DNA from: a bacterium sp. HQB-39
GTDB lineage: Bacteria > Pseudomonadota > Gammaproteobacteria > Enterobacterales > Vibrionaceae
Length of the DNA stretch: 24,000 nt
Direction of reading: 5' to 3'
Assembly (NCBI GenBank): GCA_043422575.1
Contig: JBHOHG010000010.1
Coordinates: 105,919-129,918, forward strand
Of the stretch, positions 21,963 to 24,000 are shown piece after piece. The first letter of the stretch is position 1. Each line of letters opens with the position of its first letter. The notes below the pieces were generated by a model. The model saw only the letters and a list, made by a program, of their open reading frames with translations. It searched no databases and had not been told where the DNA came from. The position numbers were made by a program, and so were the translations under genes.

Positions 21963-23501
21963 ATGGACTTTTTTTCCGATAGGAAGAGCAGTGCTTCAAA
22001 CGATGATCGTTCGCAATCTGTGAGCACTCGACCTTGGAAAGTACTACTGATTGATGATGACAGGCAAATGCATGATGTCACTCGCTTAGCGTTAACTGGT
22101 TTTGAGTTTCGTGGACGTAAGCTGGACATTGCGAGTGTCTATTCGGCAGAAGAAGCTCAAATCTGGTTGAAAAATAATACAGATACTGCCTTGGCACTGA
22201 TAGATGTCGTGATGGAGACTGAGCATGCTGGCTTGGATCTTGTCCGTTTCATCCGAGATGATTTACAAAACTCAATGATTCGTTTAGTGCTTAGAACCGG
22301 TCAAGCAGGGCAAGCACCTGAAGACATTGTCATTCGTGAGTATGAGATCGATGACTATAAAGAGAAAACGGAGCTTACTTTACAAAAGTTAAAAACGTTA
22401 CTTTATTCAGGCTTGCGTTCTTACAATGACCTTTGTGTTATTGAACGTCAGAAAATGGGTCTAAAGAAGGTCATTCAAGCTTCAGCTCAAGTGCAAAATA
22501 CCTCTACGATGAAGGCTTACGCGGCAACGGTATTGGAGCAATTAACATCGTTATTGGGGATTGAAGGTTCAGCATTGTATTGTCTTTTTCATCCCAAACC
22601 TGAAGGCGAAGAGTGCAGGGCTTTAACGCTTGCTGCCACTGGTGAGTATATAGATTGTCATTCCGGTTGCGACTTCTCTGATCTTCCGCCCCTTGTATCA
22701 GAGCGCTGCCAAATCGTACTTCAATCCCAACAATCACAACATTTTGATGATGCCTACGTACTTTATGCCAATGATGAACATGACATGAACTGCCTGTTGT
22801 ATGTCAATGTGAACAAGAAGCTAAGTGAACATGATTGCCAACTTCTCGAAATTTATATGCGTAATATCGGGCTTACGTTTGAAAATCTTAACCTATTGGA
22901 AGATTTAAGGGAGACGTCTAAAGAGCTCGTTTATAACCTTGCTAATGCAGTAGAAGCTCGTAGTAAAGAGACGGGGTCACATGTTCAGAGGGTTTCCATC
23001 ATTTGTGAAAAATTAGCGAAATTTGTTGGCCTCACAGAGTCTAAGGTGGTGTTAATCAAACATGCTTCACCTTTGCATGATGTGGGGAAAGTCGCCATAC
23101 CTGATCATATTTTACACAAGCCTGGAAAGTTGACGGACGATGAATGGGAAACGATGCAGAAGCACGTTGAGTTTGGTGTGGAGATTTTAAACAAGAGCAA
23201 TCGAAAGTTGATGAAACTCGCGGCAGTGATTGCTGCGACGCACCATGAGAAGTGGGATGGCACAGGCTACCCCAATCAATTAAAAGGTGAAGAAATCCCT
23301 ATCGAAGGAAGAATTGCTGCATTAGCCGATGTGTTTGATGCGCTAGGATCTGCCAGAAGTTATAAAAAGCCATGGTCTGAACAAGCGATCTATGACGAAA
23401 TTCAATCGCAAAGTGGCAAACATTTTGATCCGAAACTGGTGACTCTCTTGCTAGACCATTGGCAGGACTTTATTCAAATTCGTGAACAGTATCCTGATTG
23501 A
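21963..23501 (+). CDS. Response regulator with a central GAF-like (DUF3369-type) domain and a C-terminal HD-GYP phosphodiesterase domain
   Basis: REC domain motifs KVLLIDDD...DVVM. HD-GYP motifs HDVGK and HHEKWDGTGYP. Confidence 0.92.
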   Translation: MDFFSDRKSSASNDDRSQSVSTRPWKVLLIDDDRQMHDVTRLALTGFEFRGRKLDIASVYSAEEAQIWLKNNTDTALALIDVVMETEHAGLDLVRFIRDDLQNSMIRLVLRTGQAGQAPEDIVIREYEIDDYKEKTELTLQKLKTLLYSGLRSYNDLCVIERQKMGLKKVIQASAQVQNTSTMKAYAATVLEQLTSLLGIEGSALYCLFHPKPEGEECRALTLAATGEYIDCHSGCDFSDLPPLVSERCQIVLQSQQSQHFDDAYVLYANDEHDMNCLLYVNVNKKLSEHDCQLLEIYMRNIGLTFENLNLLEDLRETSKELVYNLANAVEARSKETGSHVQRVSIICEKLAKFVGLTESKVVLIKHASPLHDVGKVAIPDHILHKPGKLTDDEWETMQKHVEFGVEILNKSNRKLMKLAAVIAATHHEKWDGTGYPNQLKGEEIPIEGRIAALADVFDALGSARSYKKPWSEQAIYDEIQSQSGKHFDPKLVTLLLDHWQDFIQIREQYPD

Positions 23502-24000
23502 GCGGTAATTCTTTTGGGAGTTTGATATAAAAATACACCCCTTGGTTGACTTCTGATTCAAATATTAGCTCGCCTTTAAGCTTTTGGGTGACAAGGTTGA
23601 AGACTAAGTTTAACCCTAGTCCTGAGCCGCCATGACCACGCTTACTAGTATAGAATGGCTCAAAAATCTTCTTGTGTAGTTTAGGATCTACCCCAGAGCC
23701 ATTATCTCGAAATTCCACAATAACCCATTCATCCTGTTGACTTACGTCTATGGATATTTTGGGTTCAGGCTGTTTGTCAAAGGCATGATTGATACTGTTT
23801 AAAATCAAATTGGAGACGACCTGAGAGAGCACGCCGGGTAGACTGATCATTTTTATATCGTCAGGGCAGTGGAGTTCTGGGGTGACCTTGGCCTTACGTG
23901 TCTCTGGTGTCAGGCTCGCAAGTAATGCATCTAAGGTATTTTGAGCAGTAAACTGACATCGGGCTTCAGAAACCTGATCGACGGCCGTTTGCTTAAAGTC
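23470..24000 (-). CDS. Sensor histidine kinase, C-terminal HATPase_c part (partial; continues beyond the window)
   Basis: N-box LILNSINHAF, G1 box FRDNGSGV, and G2 box GGSGLGLNLV. My translation of the minus frame is open from 23850 to the window end at 24000. It overlaps the convergent HD-GYP gene by 32 nt. Confidence 0.88.
   Translation of the reverse strand, partial: DFKQTAVDQVSEARCQFTAQNTLDALLASLTPETRKAKVTPELHCPDDIKMISLPGVLSQVVSNLILNSINHAFDKQPEPKISIDVSQQDEWVIVEFRDNGSGVDPKLHKKIFEPFYTSKRGHGGSGLGLNLVFNLVTQKLKGELIFESEVNQGVYFYIKLPKELPLNQDTVHEFE

Overview
This is a Vibrio-like gammaproteobacterial chromosomal segment; the taxon is inferred from gene content and codon style, not verified. It is a mosaic of an accessory region on the left and housekeeping genes on the right.

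Main elements, left to right:
1. A retron-like module at about 1-3538. It has a winged-helix+SWIM zinc-finger protein, about 400 nt of densely structured non-coding sequence, and a long reverse transcriptase. The RT carries the retron-diagnostic NAxxH, YADD and VTG motifs, an N-terminal charged extension and a C-terminal double transmembrane anchor.
2. A GNAT acetyltransferase.
3. A visibly AT-rich 1.45-kb cassette bracketed by 46-nt direct repeats. It carries one small soluble ORF and two small 2-TM proteins.
4. A divergent RtcR / rtcB-rtcA RNA-repair locus. Its roughly 390-nt sigma54-driven leader contains a tRNA-like element, and a predicted nucleotidyltransferase gene overlaps the end of rtcA.
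5. Ordinary genes: a DUF2805-like ORF interrupted by an amber codon, a patatin-like phospholipase, a large secreted GH19 chitinase, a beta-barrel lipocalin-like protein, an S8 protease, a LysE exporter, a second GNAT, tRNA-Ser(UGA), a MaoC dehydratase, a DOPA-dioxygenase-family protein, an HD-GYP response regulator and a partial histidine kinase.

The best candidates for something new are the retron-like RT/SWIM/ncRNA module and the tRNA-like RNA in the rtc leader, which has no Ro60/rsr gene nearby. No CRISPR array, integrase or transposase was seen.
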